Source of the DNA: Sphyrna mokarran
Lineage: Eukaryota
DNA: 64,000 nt
Reading direction: 5' to 3'
Assembly (NCBI GenBank): GCA_024679065.1
Contig: JAGIQG010000009.1
Location: forward strand, 61,938,001-62,002,000
Position 1 is the stretch's first letter, and every line of letters begins with the position of its first letter. This document shows positions 49,165-62,815 of this stretch, one piece after another. The notes under the pieces are model-generated. The model was not told where the DNA came from. It did not search any database and saw only the letters and a list, made by a program, of their open reading frames with translations. Both the position numbers and the translations under genes were made by a program.

Positions 49165-51633
49165 TAAGTTTAATATATCCAATTGTTTTGTCTAAAGCGA
49201 AATATCTGCAATGTTTCAGTTCACTCTTGCTCATTGACAGCCATAAGCTCAAGCTATTATTGAAATGCACTGCCACCTCCCAGTGTAGTGGAGGAGCAGG
49301 GGTTGATTGATTCTGCAATGGCTCCTATAACTATTTACAAATCAGTTATAGGCACATCCTCCTCCTGCTTGTCCTGATTAATGTTAATGAACTTGGTCAG
49401 CTTTCTAATGCTGTGAATTGCAAATCCTACACACTCAAACCTTTCAATAGCTGCCAACATCACCAAATTTTCCAACTACAAATTTTGCTTTAAAATAAAA
49501 AAAACTGATTTAGGGTGATTTACCAGCACTATGTGGGGTGGGGGTAGGGATAGTCATCCTGCTGCATTAGTATTGATTTTTGTCCATCAAGGCTTATTCC
49601 GTTTATTATGTGGGAAAAGGGTAGGGTCACTTTTTGATTTAACTACAATGCCAGGTGCAAGGCCATTACCAGGATTTTTATAGTAAATTAATCCAGCAGA
49701 TCATCTTGAATTCATCTTTGGAATTGTGGCATAATTCTTTGTGCAACTCTTCCAAGATTGGGATTGCATTCCATCCTTTCATGTATCTCATAATTGAAAA
49801 CAACAGTCTGCAAAATTATGCAAATTATTACTTAAGCCAGAGGCAACCAACTGCCAGTCTTTTACCTGGGTTTTTGGTCACATTGAAAGGTACTGTAAAA
49901 TGTAAGTTGTTGAAGGAACATAACTACACAGAAGGTTACATGACTTTGACTACATTAGTCAATACAGTTTTTTTTCCAAAAGGATTCTTCAGCCCAGAAG
50001 CTTAAACTAAAACCAGCTATAACCACACAAAGCTACCTTTCATTGGTTTGGGGCTGTTGCTGAGATGAAAAATAAAAGAAGGCTGTCAATAATGCATGGA
50101 ACAACGCGTGCTTTCTCTGTCTAACAGCTTGCGGCCGAAAGGATAAATTTTACACAGTTCAATGAAAACAGCAACAGTGAAAAGGAATTCTGATTTTTCA
50201 GGACTTTGTTTCCTCCCTCCTCCATTCCATTTTGCAGTTATTTGAAAGCAGTTGTAGATCCAGAGCTCTTAAAAAGTACAGAATGTCCTTCACCAGTTTC
50301 AGGATAGCCACATGTTTCCTATCAGACAACATCTGCAAAACTTGACTCTATGCTTAATAGTGCAGAGTATTGCAAAGCTGAACCAGAAGAATGTATGAAA
50401 CCAAAAAGGAAGACTTTAAACATGGTATTCTACAATGAAACTAAACATTTTTTTAAAATCCCCCTTTAGTTCCCAAGAGGTTAATAAAACTATATGTTGG
50501 GTCACAGTATAATAACTTCTTTCTTTCTCAGCCAGTGTTCTCATGAAGCAGAACGCCATGGATTTGGATAAAAACTGTTCCAATATTTGACCTTTGGCTA
50601 ACTGAAAATGTGAGAAATCTTTCTGTACTATAAGGTGACATTTCATTTTAAACTCAGCCATTACGTACATATAGTCCTGTGTACCACATGGGCACATCCT
50701 ATAAATTAACTCCATCTAATTAATCCCAAGACAGACTAAATAACAGTTATGTTTACTGTGCTAAATTTTTTGTCACCAATTTGACATGGATCACAACTAA
50801 TTTTGGCTAAAGTTTAGTCTAGAAATGAAGAGGAAAGTTCCTGCTGAGTACAGCACGTTAACCCTTGAAATAGATTTCGTAGAATGTCCCCTCACACTGT
50901 TGTTTCATTATTGTCAAACTCGGTCCATTGTTTAGTCTTTGATTACCTAGAATAGGTCCAGTGACCATTTTAGCCAGTATTAAAAGCTCAGGGTAAATCA
51001 ATGTATTTAGAATAGAAGCTTAAGCAAGATTATGTAAACCAGCGTGACACAACATTCTTCCTTCTGAGCATGGACTTATCATTTGATCTGCAAAGGCTAT
51101 AGGTGTGCGATGAAGTAGTGGAGCAGGTTTCTTGTGCACACTATTACCAAGCACTTCAGCATGGAATGAATTAACTGGCATTATATAACACCAGTTTAGC
51201 ACAGAATTAATGGAACTAGTATCATGTAACACTAGTTTACCCAATCAAGTTTCAGGTTCTCATCTAAAGATCAAGAGGGAATAAAGGGATTTGACACATG
51301 AAGAGGATTGAAACTGCACAAAACAAATAAATCGAAGTGAAAAGATGATAGAAAGTTTGGAACTTGTATTTTTACGACACATAACTAGGCCGTTTGGCAC
51401 AACTGGTTTTATTGTTCCAGTCAAGCCTCCACATATTTTACAAGGAATATTAATCTGTTTCATTCAATTAAATCTTGAGCATTTTAAGTATTAATCTATG
51501 ACATCTGAATAAGATGAGACCTCTGGTGTATGAGGGCGATCACAAATGAGCAGTCCATGGATGTAAAGCACTAAAATATTGTTGAGATACACCAGAGCCT
51601 AAGAGATCTAATCTTTCACTCTGATCATTAGCA

Positions 51634-51810
51634 TTCACAGTAAGAAGTCTCAACACTAAGCTTATTTGGTAGCACAAGCCACTAGCTTTTAGAGTGCTGC
51701 TCTTTCATCAGGTAAATGGGAGAACCAAATAAATCTGTTGGACTTTAACCTGGTGTTGTGCGACTTCTTATTCTGTTTACCCCAGTCCAACACTGGCATT
51801 GCCATATCAT
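51634..51810. mobile_element. Penelope-type hairpin element with a near-intact hammerhead core
   Basis: Inverted repeat CAGTAAGAAGTC..CAACAC..TTATTTGGT / ACCAAATAA..GTGTTG..GACTTCTTA; minus strand ttac-CTGATGA-aagag-cagca-ctct-AAAA-gc-TA-gtgg. Confidence 0.75.
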
Positions 51811-53136
51811 TAGCATTCATATATGGTTACTTCTGAAAAGTCAACTTTTGAATTTTTAGTTTCAAATCCTTCAAGCTTTTGCAATGCTATCAGTGTGAAT
51901 ATGGATTTGTGCAAGTTGCTCTTGCCTTCAGTAAAGATTACGTGGTGGATCCTGTCAAAGCAAAATATCTTGCACCTTATTTAGGGTGGTGTTTGATTTT
52001 TTTTTCCATGTGCAGATTACTTTGTATAATGCCTACTTTCTATATTTAAAATAAAATTTATTGCAATCATTTTAGTTTAGTCTGACTAATTGGAATGCTG
52101 ATTACCTTTGATCACAGCAGTTAATTATGCCTTATTTGAATGTCTGTCCATTTTCCCTCCCTTGTCATTAAGACTAATGACATTTTGAAGATATATAATG
52201 TAAACTCATCTGGTAAACAAGTACAAAGTATGTGGAAAAGAATATCTTTCAATGTGACTAAATAGATTGCAGACTAGGAGCATGCTGTCTAGAAAATTGA
52301 TTAGACTTGAAGATTGATGGACTTGACCTTCAGGCTTTTTCCTTAACCATTGAACCTGTAGTTAGTTAGGCAAGACAATATCCAAATGTCAATTGTTCCT
52401 TACTGATAAGAACAGTGCTGAATAGGCCAAGACATTCTAGTCTGGAACAAGTATAAATATGACCCTGAGTGTCAAGCTCCTATTACTTCAATGTGGGGGG
52501 AGCTTGAAGGAACATTAGGACTACAATTACATGCTAGGATTCAATTTGGATTTGTTAAATAACCACCAAATGGTTTTTAAATTTAGACGCATAAAATTCA
52601 GCCTCTAAAACAAATGACATTTTTCATCCTTCTGAGATCCCCACAACAAATCCCTCTCCACTTCCAGAATTTAATACAATCCTGAATTGTGCCACCGTAG
52701 ATCCCAAACAGCACTGTGTGTTATTACCATATTATTTTAAACCACTTCATTCTCCATTTCAAATTTGGTGTTATTCATGATGTTAGTGTTTGAGCACTTC
52801 ACATTCTGAATTGGTGTGTTACGTGATGCGATGTATAATCACTAACTTTTATCCTTAAGCCTAACATTAAGAATCATCCCAAGATAGCTCAACTGCTGTG
52901 TAAATGCAAGTTAGTTTGATTGAAAGTTGCCCATGGTGACATTTTGTTGTTTGTTCTTGGCTGTATATAACTGTTGTTGATTAGTGATGATCACATCTGA
53001 GAGACAAATGCTCTTGCATGCTTTCCATCCTTCACGTTTGCTAATACATCATTTTGACAGTACACATTGGCACTAATATAACTGCCGGTTTCTAAGTATT
53101 TCAATATTATCTTCAAAGTAATTGGTTATGAAGCAG

Positions 53137-53396
53137 TGAGCTGGTTTTGTCATGCAGTGGGTAGCGTCCCTCTGAGCTTGAAGTTCCAAGTTCAAGTTCC
53201 ACTTCAGGACTTGATGGCCAAGGAAGGCGAGTTCATAACTCAGCCAAACAGGTTGTCTCTCAACCAGGAAAATGCTTCCTTCCTCTATACACCAATGGCA
53301 GGTAGTAAAAGTGGTAAAGTCCTAATCAGCAACATGATGGAAATTAGAGCCTTTTCCGTCACTGTCCCTAGGTCCAGACTATATAGTGCAAGTTTA
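53137..53396 (+). mobile_element. tRNA-derived SINE, third family
   Basis: A-box-like GCAGTGGGTAGCGTCC, B-box-like GTTCAAGTTCCAC, body CAGGACTTGATGGCCAAGGAAGG...CCAAACAGGTTG. Confidence 0.6.
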
Positions 53397-56300
53397 TCAC
53401 AGGAACTTGGACTCACTCGGATCAGATTTGGAACCAACTGTGTGTGTGTGGGGCTGTTCAATCCCTGTTCTGCTGGGGTGCCTGTTTGCACTACCCATGG
53501 TGTTCAGATTTGCCTTTGGGCAGAGATCTGAAGAAAAAGTGTAAAGGAAGTTTCAGGTCCAACACAATAATTCATGTTGTGCATATGACAAAACAACACA
53601 AAGAAAAATGTACTCGGTATTTAATTGGAGAATAAAATCTTTCCAGTATAATCTGACGGTAATGAATGGATAAACCAGTTCTTCCCCACAACAGTAAACT
53701 GAATAGTGTAATGTGTACAGTTAAAAGTACTAGGTAAAGAGATTGGCAGGACCAGAAGATATTGCCAGTGGTACATCACCTACTGTGGATTCCCTGGGAA
53801 ATTCCATTGACCAGCAGTGGAACCAGAAGATCCCAACACTCATGAATGGCATATTGCCTCCTGTGAGAAACAAATGGAGGCCACCGCCCTCCCTCCCCAC
53901 CCCAGCATCTTCATCAGGAAATTTGACACAAAAGAATGATTTTGTCCAACTTAACTAAACTCATCTAATAATGTGACTTAAATTGATTAAAATATTGTAA
54001 CAATTACTGAGAATGCTCAGTAGTTCATGCATTGTCAAGATTTATCTATCACTGTAATGTGGTAGCACTAGTCCTGCCCACGTCAGTTTACAAGGATTTA
54101 ATTCTATCTGACATGCTGTTTGGCTTAAGATGGTATGTCGCTTTCAATATTAATGCTAACTCATCTAATGAGAAGCCAAATAAGTACACACTGGAGAAAG
54201 AAATAGGGAGGAAATGCTGAGAGCGTCAGTTGCAGTGGTAAGGTGACTTGGGTGGAGCATGTACCAGTTGGACTGCATGGTCAGACTCCGCTGCAATTTC
54301 TTTGTAATCTACGTATGTTTAATTAAAAAATTCAGGCACAGAACATGGTGGAACTATTGCCATCAGACTTGGAGTCATGGGGTGGAACAGCCTATGCCCA
54401 GCCCATGATCTTCCATCTAAGTAATCAGCTGTACCACTGGGCCATAAGCATGACTTGTGGATAACGTAATACAATCCCAAGCACTCAGTGACTGCAATGA
54501 CAGCCACTCTCTGGTTACACATTATCTGATTTTTCTAATGCTCACATTGCATTCAACACTCAACATTTTGCCCCCTTCCCCCACAATCGATAAAGTACAC
54601 CACTGATTTGCTGGGTATGGTTGGAGGCTGGGCAGGGCATTTACTAGTTTTATTTGAGCAGTTTTTTAAATTCTTATCCGGTCATTAAATGTGACCTTTT
54701 TAATAGAATGACATAAGGTAATAAGGCAACCAACAAAAACTGCTGCTAACCACAGGCATGTTTCCATCATAATAAGTAGCTGTGCAGTGTAATCAGGATG
54801 CCTAGGAAAAATATCCTGAGGACTTTGTTCTGGTGGTTGTCTTTCTCAAAGACATTTTGCTGAAGCAACAAAGGAGTTTCACTGGAAAACTATTGAATTC
54901 AAGAAAATCCATATTATCAAGAAAACACTGATTTCACATTAAGTCAAAATTTTGGAAATGTAAGTTTGTTATAACAAAAGTGGGCCTGTGAATGAGAGCC
55001 CTTCCATTGGAATTACACCTCTTTGGGGGTTTCTATAACTGATGATCCTGAATTTCCTATAAAGAGCCCAAGAAATCAGAGAAACCTTCTGTAAAAGCAG
55101 TTTTCTGGAGATAGCTAGATATCATTAAAAAAACACTCAATGACAACATAAGATATTTCTTAGCTGCCACTATCCTGCTGCCAAAACAATAAATTGAACC
55201 ACTTGGAAATCCATATTTCCAGATCAGATCACTTTATGGTGACTTCCAGTACCAGCTAAAGAGGTGCCAGGAACAATCTTTTTGGGAGTGTTTCAGAAAA
55301 TTCTACTCGTAGAATTCTAAAAGTTCTGTCGGCTACCTGGGTGGCTCTGAAAGAAACCCAAAAGAGCTTGCTGTTAACTGTGGAAGGTTATGTTATCTGT
55401 GTCTGAATAGCTGAACAACTAAAGATGGATGCCTTTAACCTGCCTATAAGTAAACTTGCACCAGGCTGTCACTTTTTTCATATTTTTAAAGTTGCATTTT
55501 CAAAACAGCAACATGCTTGCATTTCTACGTTGCCCCGAGGATGATAGTATGAGGTTGCATCACGGGTGTTCATCGGAGGGAAACAATTGAACAGTATGGT
55601 AGACGTACTGTTTAACAGAAGAGGAGGAAACTTGGATTTTTCCAAGTATCTGCCACTCCCAGTTATTTACAGCAAATCATTTTCCTCAGTTACTACACTA
55701 TGAATCTAAGGGATTCCATTTCTGGGAGCGGGATGTGAAAATAACCTCTCATTGACTTGATGTGTTGCATTGAGCAGTTAGTCAATCAATTCATCTCTAG
55801 ATCAAAACAGCCCAAAAGGTGGCTTTACTGTGGCCATAAGCTGCAGGGGCTCTCCTTTGCCCTGTGAGACGTTGGTGTGCAAAGTACAGACACCAGGGAT
55901 GGAGGCAAAGAAATCTGAAGTAAAAGCGGAGATTGGAGATATGGGATCAAGGTGAGGCCCAGCAGATTGGAGGATTCAGCTGCAGTCACAGTCAAGCTGG
56001 GTTGGTGGGATTTATTCCCACTTTTATTAGCTCATTCTTGTGACTTTTCCTGAGAAGACTTGATTGATGGACTCCCACAAGTTTTCTCAGAGGTTTCCAG
56101 ATGTTTTCAGCGCCGGCTGTCTTAATTAAATTACACAGAAGATAACATTTCTGGATCAGTAATCTCATTATTACTCCTCCTATCTAAACAGATTGAGAGG
56201 GAGCGTTTCTGGAAATTATGATTCGGGGGTGACATCATCAATTCCCCTTTGCTCGCCCCTCAAATGGTGCTGAGTTGACAGAAATTTCAAGGTTGAGAGA

Positions 56301-56808
56301 GCTTGACAAATGACTGCCTGTCCCCTCCTCCACCAACTCAAGCAACACAGCTCTCGTCAAGACATGCCTGAAAGCTAATAGTGAGACAAAAGCAAATAGA
56401 CTGAATTTTTCCATGAATATGAGTGCACTGTTGCCAGCAAAATCCCACAGGGAGGAGGAAAGCGGGACAATTTTCCTTTGAACAACAATGGCCACTGAGA
56501 ACTAAAATTCAAATCACTACAAAAAATCCATTTTGTGCAGGTTGAACACTGAGGCAAGAATCAGTTCTCTCTTTGTCTTTGACTTTTTTAGCAAAATTTA
56601 ACTGCTGCACTCAAGTGCTTGGAATATTATAGGTTTTTAAGTTTATGCGTTACAATCATATTATTGAGCTAGTAATTAGTGTACGTTCAGCTTAAGGTAC
56701 AAATGCCTGCCTGCAATATTTATGGGATGCTATTTTCACCCTCGGTTTTAAAATGATGAAATTACAGAAATATGTTCTGACACGCAATTCCACTTGTTTG
56801 TCCTCCAG

Positions 56809-56897
56809 GCCACTCAAGTCGCTATGAGTTTGGGTCAGCGGTTAATTCAAGCAGAAGAACAGCGTGACCGAGGACATCACTGTCAGTCCCACATTAA
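56809..56897 (+). other. Candidate internal exon, 89 nt
   Basis: Acceptor CTTGTTTGTCCTCCAG preceded by a CTGAC branch-like site, donor TAA|GTAAGT; CpG- and purine-rich body (GCAGAAGAAC); only one frame open (ATQVAMSLGQRLIQAEEQRDRGHHCQSHI). Confidence 0.65.
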
Positions 56898-59503
56898 GTA
56901 AGTGGGGCATATTATCCAGCATACTTGCCTTGGAGGCACAGACACAGATTAATATGTTGTGTTGGAAAAGCAAGAACTAACTGAGCTCAGCCCCTTTATC
57001 CCTGACCCAAAGCTAAAGCAAATGGAAGGTAGAATCTTGTTCCCTTCTTATTTACTTTGCATCTGCCATAATTGCTATTTACCATCTAATAGACAGACCG
57101 TCTGCCATAAAACAGGTGATGTGAGTCACGGGCGCCTCCTGAAAGAGAACGCATAGGAGGTGTCTGGCATTCCAGCAAGAGGGAAAGATATTCCACCTGC
57201 CTGGACTTCTTTGCCCCATGCGGCATTCTTTTCTATTTAGAATCATGAAAAAAAAACACAAACCTTTCATTAGAACATCTGTCTGGCTGGAACTTTTTGA
57301 TCTCTTGCTCCCTTCTGGAACACAACACAATTTAGGCAGTATTATTAAAGGATTCATTTTACAGCCACATTAAATTGGACTCCAAGCTGTATGTTGAAAG
57401 GGTGCAGCCTGAAAGAGAAGAGAATGTTTGCCTTTATGTATTCAGCCTGCTCACTCAAAACAATGTCTCCCCGTGTGTTTTCAGACATGCTATTATATCC
57501 ATCCTGCCTGCATTAAACGTGAATGGTTTTTAAGTTGCTAGATACAAGTTGCTAATACATTTTTTAAAGGCCGTCTGACCATATAGAGACATGGAGATTC
57601 TAGGTACAGGGTAATAAGAGGCATTGGTTATTTCTGTGGTTGAAGTATACCTGGACCAACTGCTGTAGCTTCATCTGCTCTCTGGGAACAGAGAATGGCT
57701 GAACACTCAGCCAGCAAATCCCTGTGTCCCATTTTAAAATGCACAAAGTGTTCAGGATCCCGTTTTTACAAGCTTCACACCCTCCAGCTGCTTTACATCC
57801 TGTCTCTCCTCCATTCACAAAGTGATTTCCACTTGCTGCTGCCTTCCCTGTCCCCATTTCTCCCCCCCCCCACTCCGCCTCCCGAGCTTGTTTTTTTTTG
57901 TCCTCCTGATTTAACAGCGATTTTTCAGCCTTTGACCACTGTTCCGTGCTGGGAGTTTCCAATCCTTGGCAAACAAAAGAGGATGTTTTAAAACATGAAA
58001 GAAAGAGGATGTGTAGACATCCACTTTACAATTCCAAGCCCCCTTTGGTCCAAGTTCCTGAGCATGTTCAAACAACTTTCCTCGTGGAAGCAGGTATAGC
58101 AGCAACACACTGCTCAAATCAATCATCCCATCTCAACCTGGGCCTTCGCTACCTTTGTTTGATCAGGACGGGCCTTTATTCACTTTTTTGAGAACCTGTT
58201 GACTTTTCAACCCTTCCTGAACCCAATCCTCTCCGTGGTTCACAGAATGTAAACTAAGATAATACGCCCGTAATTCATCAATGCATTGCAATTGTCTCCT
58301 TCAAAAAATAATTCTGGCTATGCAGAAACAGATCATTTTAAGAATGCCTCCAGATTCAATTAGGTGAGGTTCTCTTTTTGTTGGGAGGGGATGTGGTTAT
58401 TTCAACAAACATTTATATGAATGTGGCTCAAACTGACTTTACAGTTGCTCTGGAGGTATTTAAATGTGACTGGTTGAAAATAAAATTGTTGTGTATCCAG
58501 GAATAATACAGACAAATGCTGTGCTGGTTAACAGATGCAACTTTAAATACAACAATTGTCTGTTAGATGTTCAAAATAAATGAAGGGGTTGCTAGCATGT
58601 TAATTTATTGACGAATGTTCTTCCTGATCCTCAATATTAAGGATGAGTGCAAATCTGAGCCCAAGTAGATCAAGTCCAGAACTAATCCAAATCTGGTCCA
58701 TTTGATTAAATTGGAATTTTAAAAAAGCTTTACTTGGACCCACCCTAAAGAAGGTTTGATTTTATTCATCTCATTATATGCTAGACATTTTAAATGCTGG
58801 AAACATCATTTGATTTAGAGTTGGCATTTAGCTTTAGATAATGACTATTTAATAGTTTACTCCTCGATTGTAAATTAAAAGAGATTGGGTTTGTTCAGAG
58901 TAGATTAAAATGAAAATCTAATCCAGGACAAATACATCATCTGTACTTAGGGAAAATTAAAATAGGAGCAGGTGCACTAAGATAAAACATTTTGTCTACA
59001 ATTCTTAACACCTAATGGTGCAAGCAAGTACTTTGCTCCAGTTATTACAGATTGCTGTCAAACACATTGAAGAGTTGAAGGTACACAAATACATAACTCT
59101 TACAGAGTGCTCACAAAGACATTAAAACTAGGAGCACCTTTTTTACAAAGTAAAGTGAGGTAACTGATTTGTATGGAACACTGGCTGAGAATCATCTAAA
59201 CATTGTGCCTGGTTAAAGGAAGAAAATGACACACAACTGTATAAATTCCTCAGGATGTGGCCATGATGAAAACTTACAGGAGAGAGACTGGAGATATTGG
59301 GGTGATTTTTACTGCAGGAGAGAAAGCCAAGGGGTGTTTTTTTTTTCTAAATTTTATTTTCACTGGAAAAATAGATTGGACCCAAGTGTTCTTCCATTTG
59401 AGTAGTTAGAGAAAAAATTGTTAATTTTAAGATGGTCACGAAGAGTGAGACAACCTGTTGGGAGAAATGGTACTTACGCAGAGATTTGTTAGGATATGGA
59501 ATA

Positions 59504-59815
59504 ATAGAATCGTAGTATCCTCAGGTGCAGAAAAAGTGTATTTGACCCATCAAGGCTGTACTGACTATAATCCCATCCAGAACCTATCCCCATAACCCCA
59601 TGCATTTACCGTAGTTAGTCACCTTGACACTAAGGAGCAATTTAGCATGGACAATCCACCTAACCCACACATCTTTTGGACTGTGGGAAGAAACCAGAGC
59701 ACCCATTGGAAACACATGCAAACACAGGGAGAACGTGCAAACTCCTCAGTGATCCAAGCTTTGAATCAAACCCAGGTTCCTACCGCTGTGAGGTAGCAAT
59801 GTTAACTACTGTGCC
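59504..59815 (-). mobile_element. HE1-type V-SINE nested in a decayed CR1 3' fragment (~59130-59965)
   Basis: ACCCCATGCATTTACC...GACACTAAGGAGCAATTTAGCATGG...GGACTGTGGGAAGAAACCAGAGCACCC; CR1 sequence TATGGAAT|...|GAATGCTTTGCCACAG resumes after it. Confidence 0.88.
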
Positions 59816-60053
59816 CTTCAAAGAATGCTTTGCCACAGGATGCAGTGAGGCAGAAAGAAGTAAATACTTCACAAGGATGTAGCAGGCAGAATTGCTCAAA
59901 CTAAAGAAGTGGCCCAGACATGACTGGTTGAACGGTCACTTTTTTTGTGCTGTCAACTTTTATGGTATGATGGTTTTGTTCTACTTTCTGCTCAACTTGA
60001 ATAAATTTTGCCAATTCATTCATTCCTAATCTTCACTGAACATGACTTTCCAG

Positions 60054-60065
60054 CTGGGGGTACAG
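60054..60065 (+). other. Candidate 12-nt microexon CTGGGGGTACAG
   Basis: CTAAT branch-like site at 60026-30, acceptor ACTTTCCAG, consensus donor CAG|GTAAGT. Confidence 0.3.
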
Positions 60066-62379
60066 GTAAGTGTAACCCAGCTTCAATGCCACCTCTGTTC
60101 ACGAGTCAGCCAGTAGGAGATGTGTATATTTGAGTGTGGCAATTAGGAAACCTGTCAATTTTTCCCCTGTTTGGAATGCCCCCAACCAGCAGAGAATCAC
60201 CAACACTCATCAAATTTCTGATTGACGAGTTGAAAGGCTGACAGCTCAAGTCAGTAGCTAAGGAGCGGAGATGAACAGCCAAACTCTTCACCATCAAAGA
60301 CGCTCAACAAAACTAAACCTTCTAACACTTTTTGAACAGTGAGGTCCAGCCTTCAGTCTGTGTAAGCATCTGCACACGTTCTGATGAATTGCAAGTAAAA
60401 TGACACCATTTGCAAAACTTGAGAATCTGATTAACTTGAAGTTGTGTCAAGACAAAAGAACCACTCAAAACAGGGACTGCACCTAGACCTACCATGCAAA
60501 GAGGAAGTTACCTGACCTTTCCAGATTCTCACTCTTTTCAAAAAAAAAAGTATTTCAGACTTCAGGCTGGTTATACTCAGGATGAAATTTTTACCTTTTT
60601 GTTCAAAGGTGTAATTTAGGATGTTCACTTCATTACCATAATCAACTTGAATTCATCATGAGCAATTTGCCACCAGCAGCTCCATTGTTTATATACTCTT
60701 AAGTGCCTTGGCAGCAGTGTAGAACTGTTAAATGCGCTGTGCAAAAAAGAGTTCAGCGAGACCCAACTGATTATATCTGTAACCTTTATTGGACGTAACA
60801 TGGAATCACTCCCAACTTGATCGCATTCCTTTGCTGTGAGTCTCCATTTTGTATTGGGTTCAGTCTCAATCAGTCATTCAGTCCCCATGCAGTCCTCCAA
60901 AGTATGAGGCCAGTTCCCTCATTAATATTTTTATTTGGCTTTCTGTTGGTCTTATTTGGCAAGAGTTGAAATTGGTTCTCAAATCAATTAGCACCTGCCA
61001 TGTGCCTGAATCTGAGGTTCATTGTCACTGGCGTTTTTATTCCAGCAGCATTTCATGTCATGCTTTTTATCGTTGCAGTCAATAGTCAACTAGCACACTC
61101 AGTTCGAAGCCATCTCTGGGAGGGATACTTTTTGTTTTGGAGCTCTTTTCCTCTCTTGTATACGGCTCTCTAATGCCTGACATCTGACGCAACTGTGATT
61201 ATAGTTTTTGGGAAAGTCTGGTGAAAGATGTGGATCTTGCCCTCTAATCCCTTTTTCAATAGACCTCACAGCTGCTGATACTTAAAATAAAAGGAAGCCT
61301 GAGGAGGATAAACATGAGCCCTTAGGCCTCAAAAATTATAGAGTATGAGGAATATGTCAGGTATAAACTCCAAGTACAGTACTTACAGGAAACCTAACTC
61401 TTTAGCTGAGTCCATTTCTTGCTCAAAGATGAAGCAGTACTGTCCATCAATAAATTACTTTCTGGTTAAACTTTTAGCTTGGTGCATGCTAGCTAAAAGT
61501 ATTTCTTATGATGTGTACATTCAATCCCATACAAATCAATTGTTTGTGCCACATGTCTAAAACAGCATCAATGTGGGATGTCTTAATTGCTTTCTGTGGG
61601 AGACAGTGCCAATAAGATGGAAAACAAATGGCAGGAATCTTGCAAGCCTCGGCTGCTGGGTTCAGTGGGCATGGTGGGGGGGGGTAATATGGCGCGAGGT
61701 GAGGAAATCAGTTTCACGTTGTGTGCCTGTCATGGCAGATCAGGAAACCCGCTGGAAGCCAGCGTGAAACTCATTTGCATCCTGCTAATTGAATGCAGAT
61801 GAACATCTGACCACCCACATCAGATTCTCTGCAACATCAACGGAAAAACTCAGTTGTGAAACATGTTTGGAACAACGTGGCAAGCACATGTCGTGAAGCA
61901 GCTGAACAGAACTGGGGCTGCCTCCAGAGGTCTGGATGGAGGTTATCGGCTACTCTCAAACCTAGAAATCCATGACACATGATGGCCGTTGGGGGAGGGG
62001 GGAACATCCATGAAAAGGCCCGTCCTTGTTAAACAAAGATAGCAAGGCCCAGATTCAGATGCAATGATTGATCTCAATTTGGGCATCCTGAGTTCATTCC
62101 ATCTTTTGGTCTCAGTGCTCCTAAAGATCTATCTCTTTTTCATGAGATCTACTTGTTTTGACCCACTATGGAGGAATTGAGCATTGTTTTCAGTATGTGT
62201 AGTGCATAGTCTGACGTCCCATTAGGACTATCCTGACGTGGAAAGCAGTGCCAAACATTCAGTTACGTGGGTTGAGGCCAGAAGATTTGGCATATTTTCC
62301 CCACGGGCCTCTGCACAATGCGAGACATTCCACATTCCCACCCTGTCAGGGGATGGAGTCACCAGATGTGAGAATTCTT

Positions 62380-62815
62380 CTATCCAGTGCTACAGAGCCA
62401 AAAATGTTGGCTTAAACCTTCATCTAAAAGACCAAGGCCTTGTCTTACCTCTTGGACACTAAAAAAAATTTACAATAGTGGGGTTTTTCTCCTGTGTCCT
62501 GCTCAACATGTGGTAAAATACGTTTGTTAAAAACCTTTGACCTTCCTGAAAGTAGGATTCTCTAGTACTGCAGCAGTGAACGGAGTTTTGGCAAAGCACC
62601 AAATTCTCCATTCCCACTGGCAGCAGACGAGGTTGTGAATGAGAACGGAGAATCCTGCCTCCTTGTCTTGCCATTGATCACAATGCTTGTTGTGGGATCT
62701 TGCTGTGTGAAAATGGCTGCCACATTTCCCTGCGTACAAACAGTCACTACACCACAATGATTGAAATGCTTCTGTGAAATGTGCTTTGGGACATGATGAG
62801 ATTGAATAAGGCTAT
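62380..62815 (+). mobile_element. DeuSINE (SacSINE1-like), split by a MITE at 62527-62659
   Basis: TTCTCCTGTGTCCTG before the insert and TTGTGGGATCTTGCTGTGTGAAAATGGCTGCCACATTTCCC...CAGTCACTACAC...GCTTTGGGACAT after it. Confidence 0.7.

Noticed and set aside
52681-52735. miR-99/100-like string CCGTAGATCC
   Set aside because: Only ~10 nt match, the 5' end and 3' half differ, and there is no complementary star arm.
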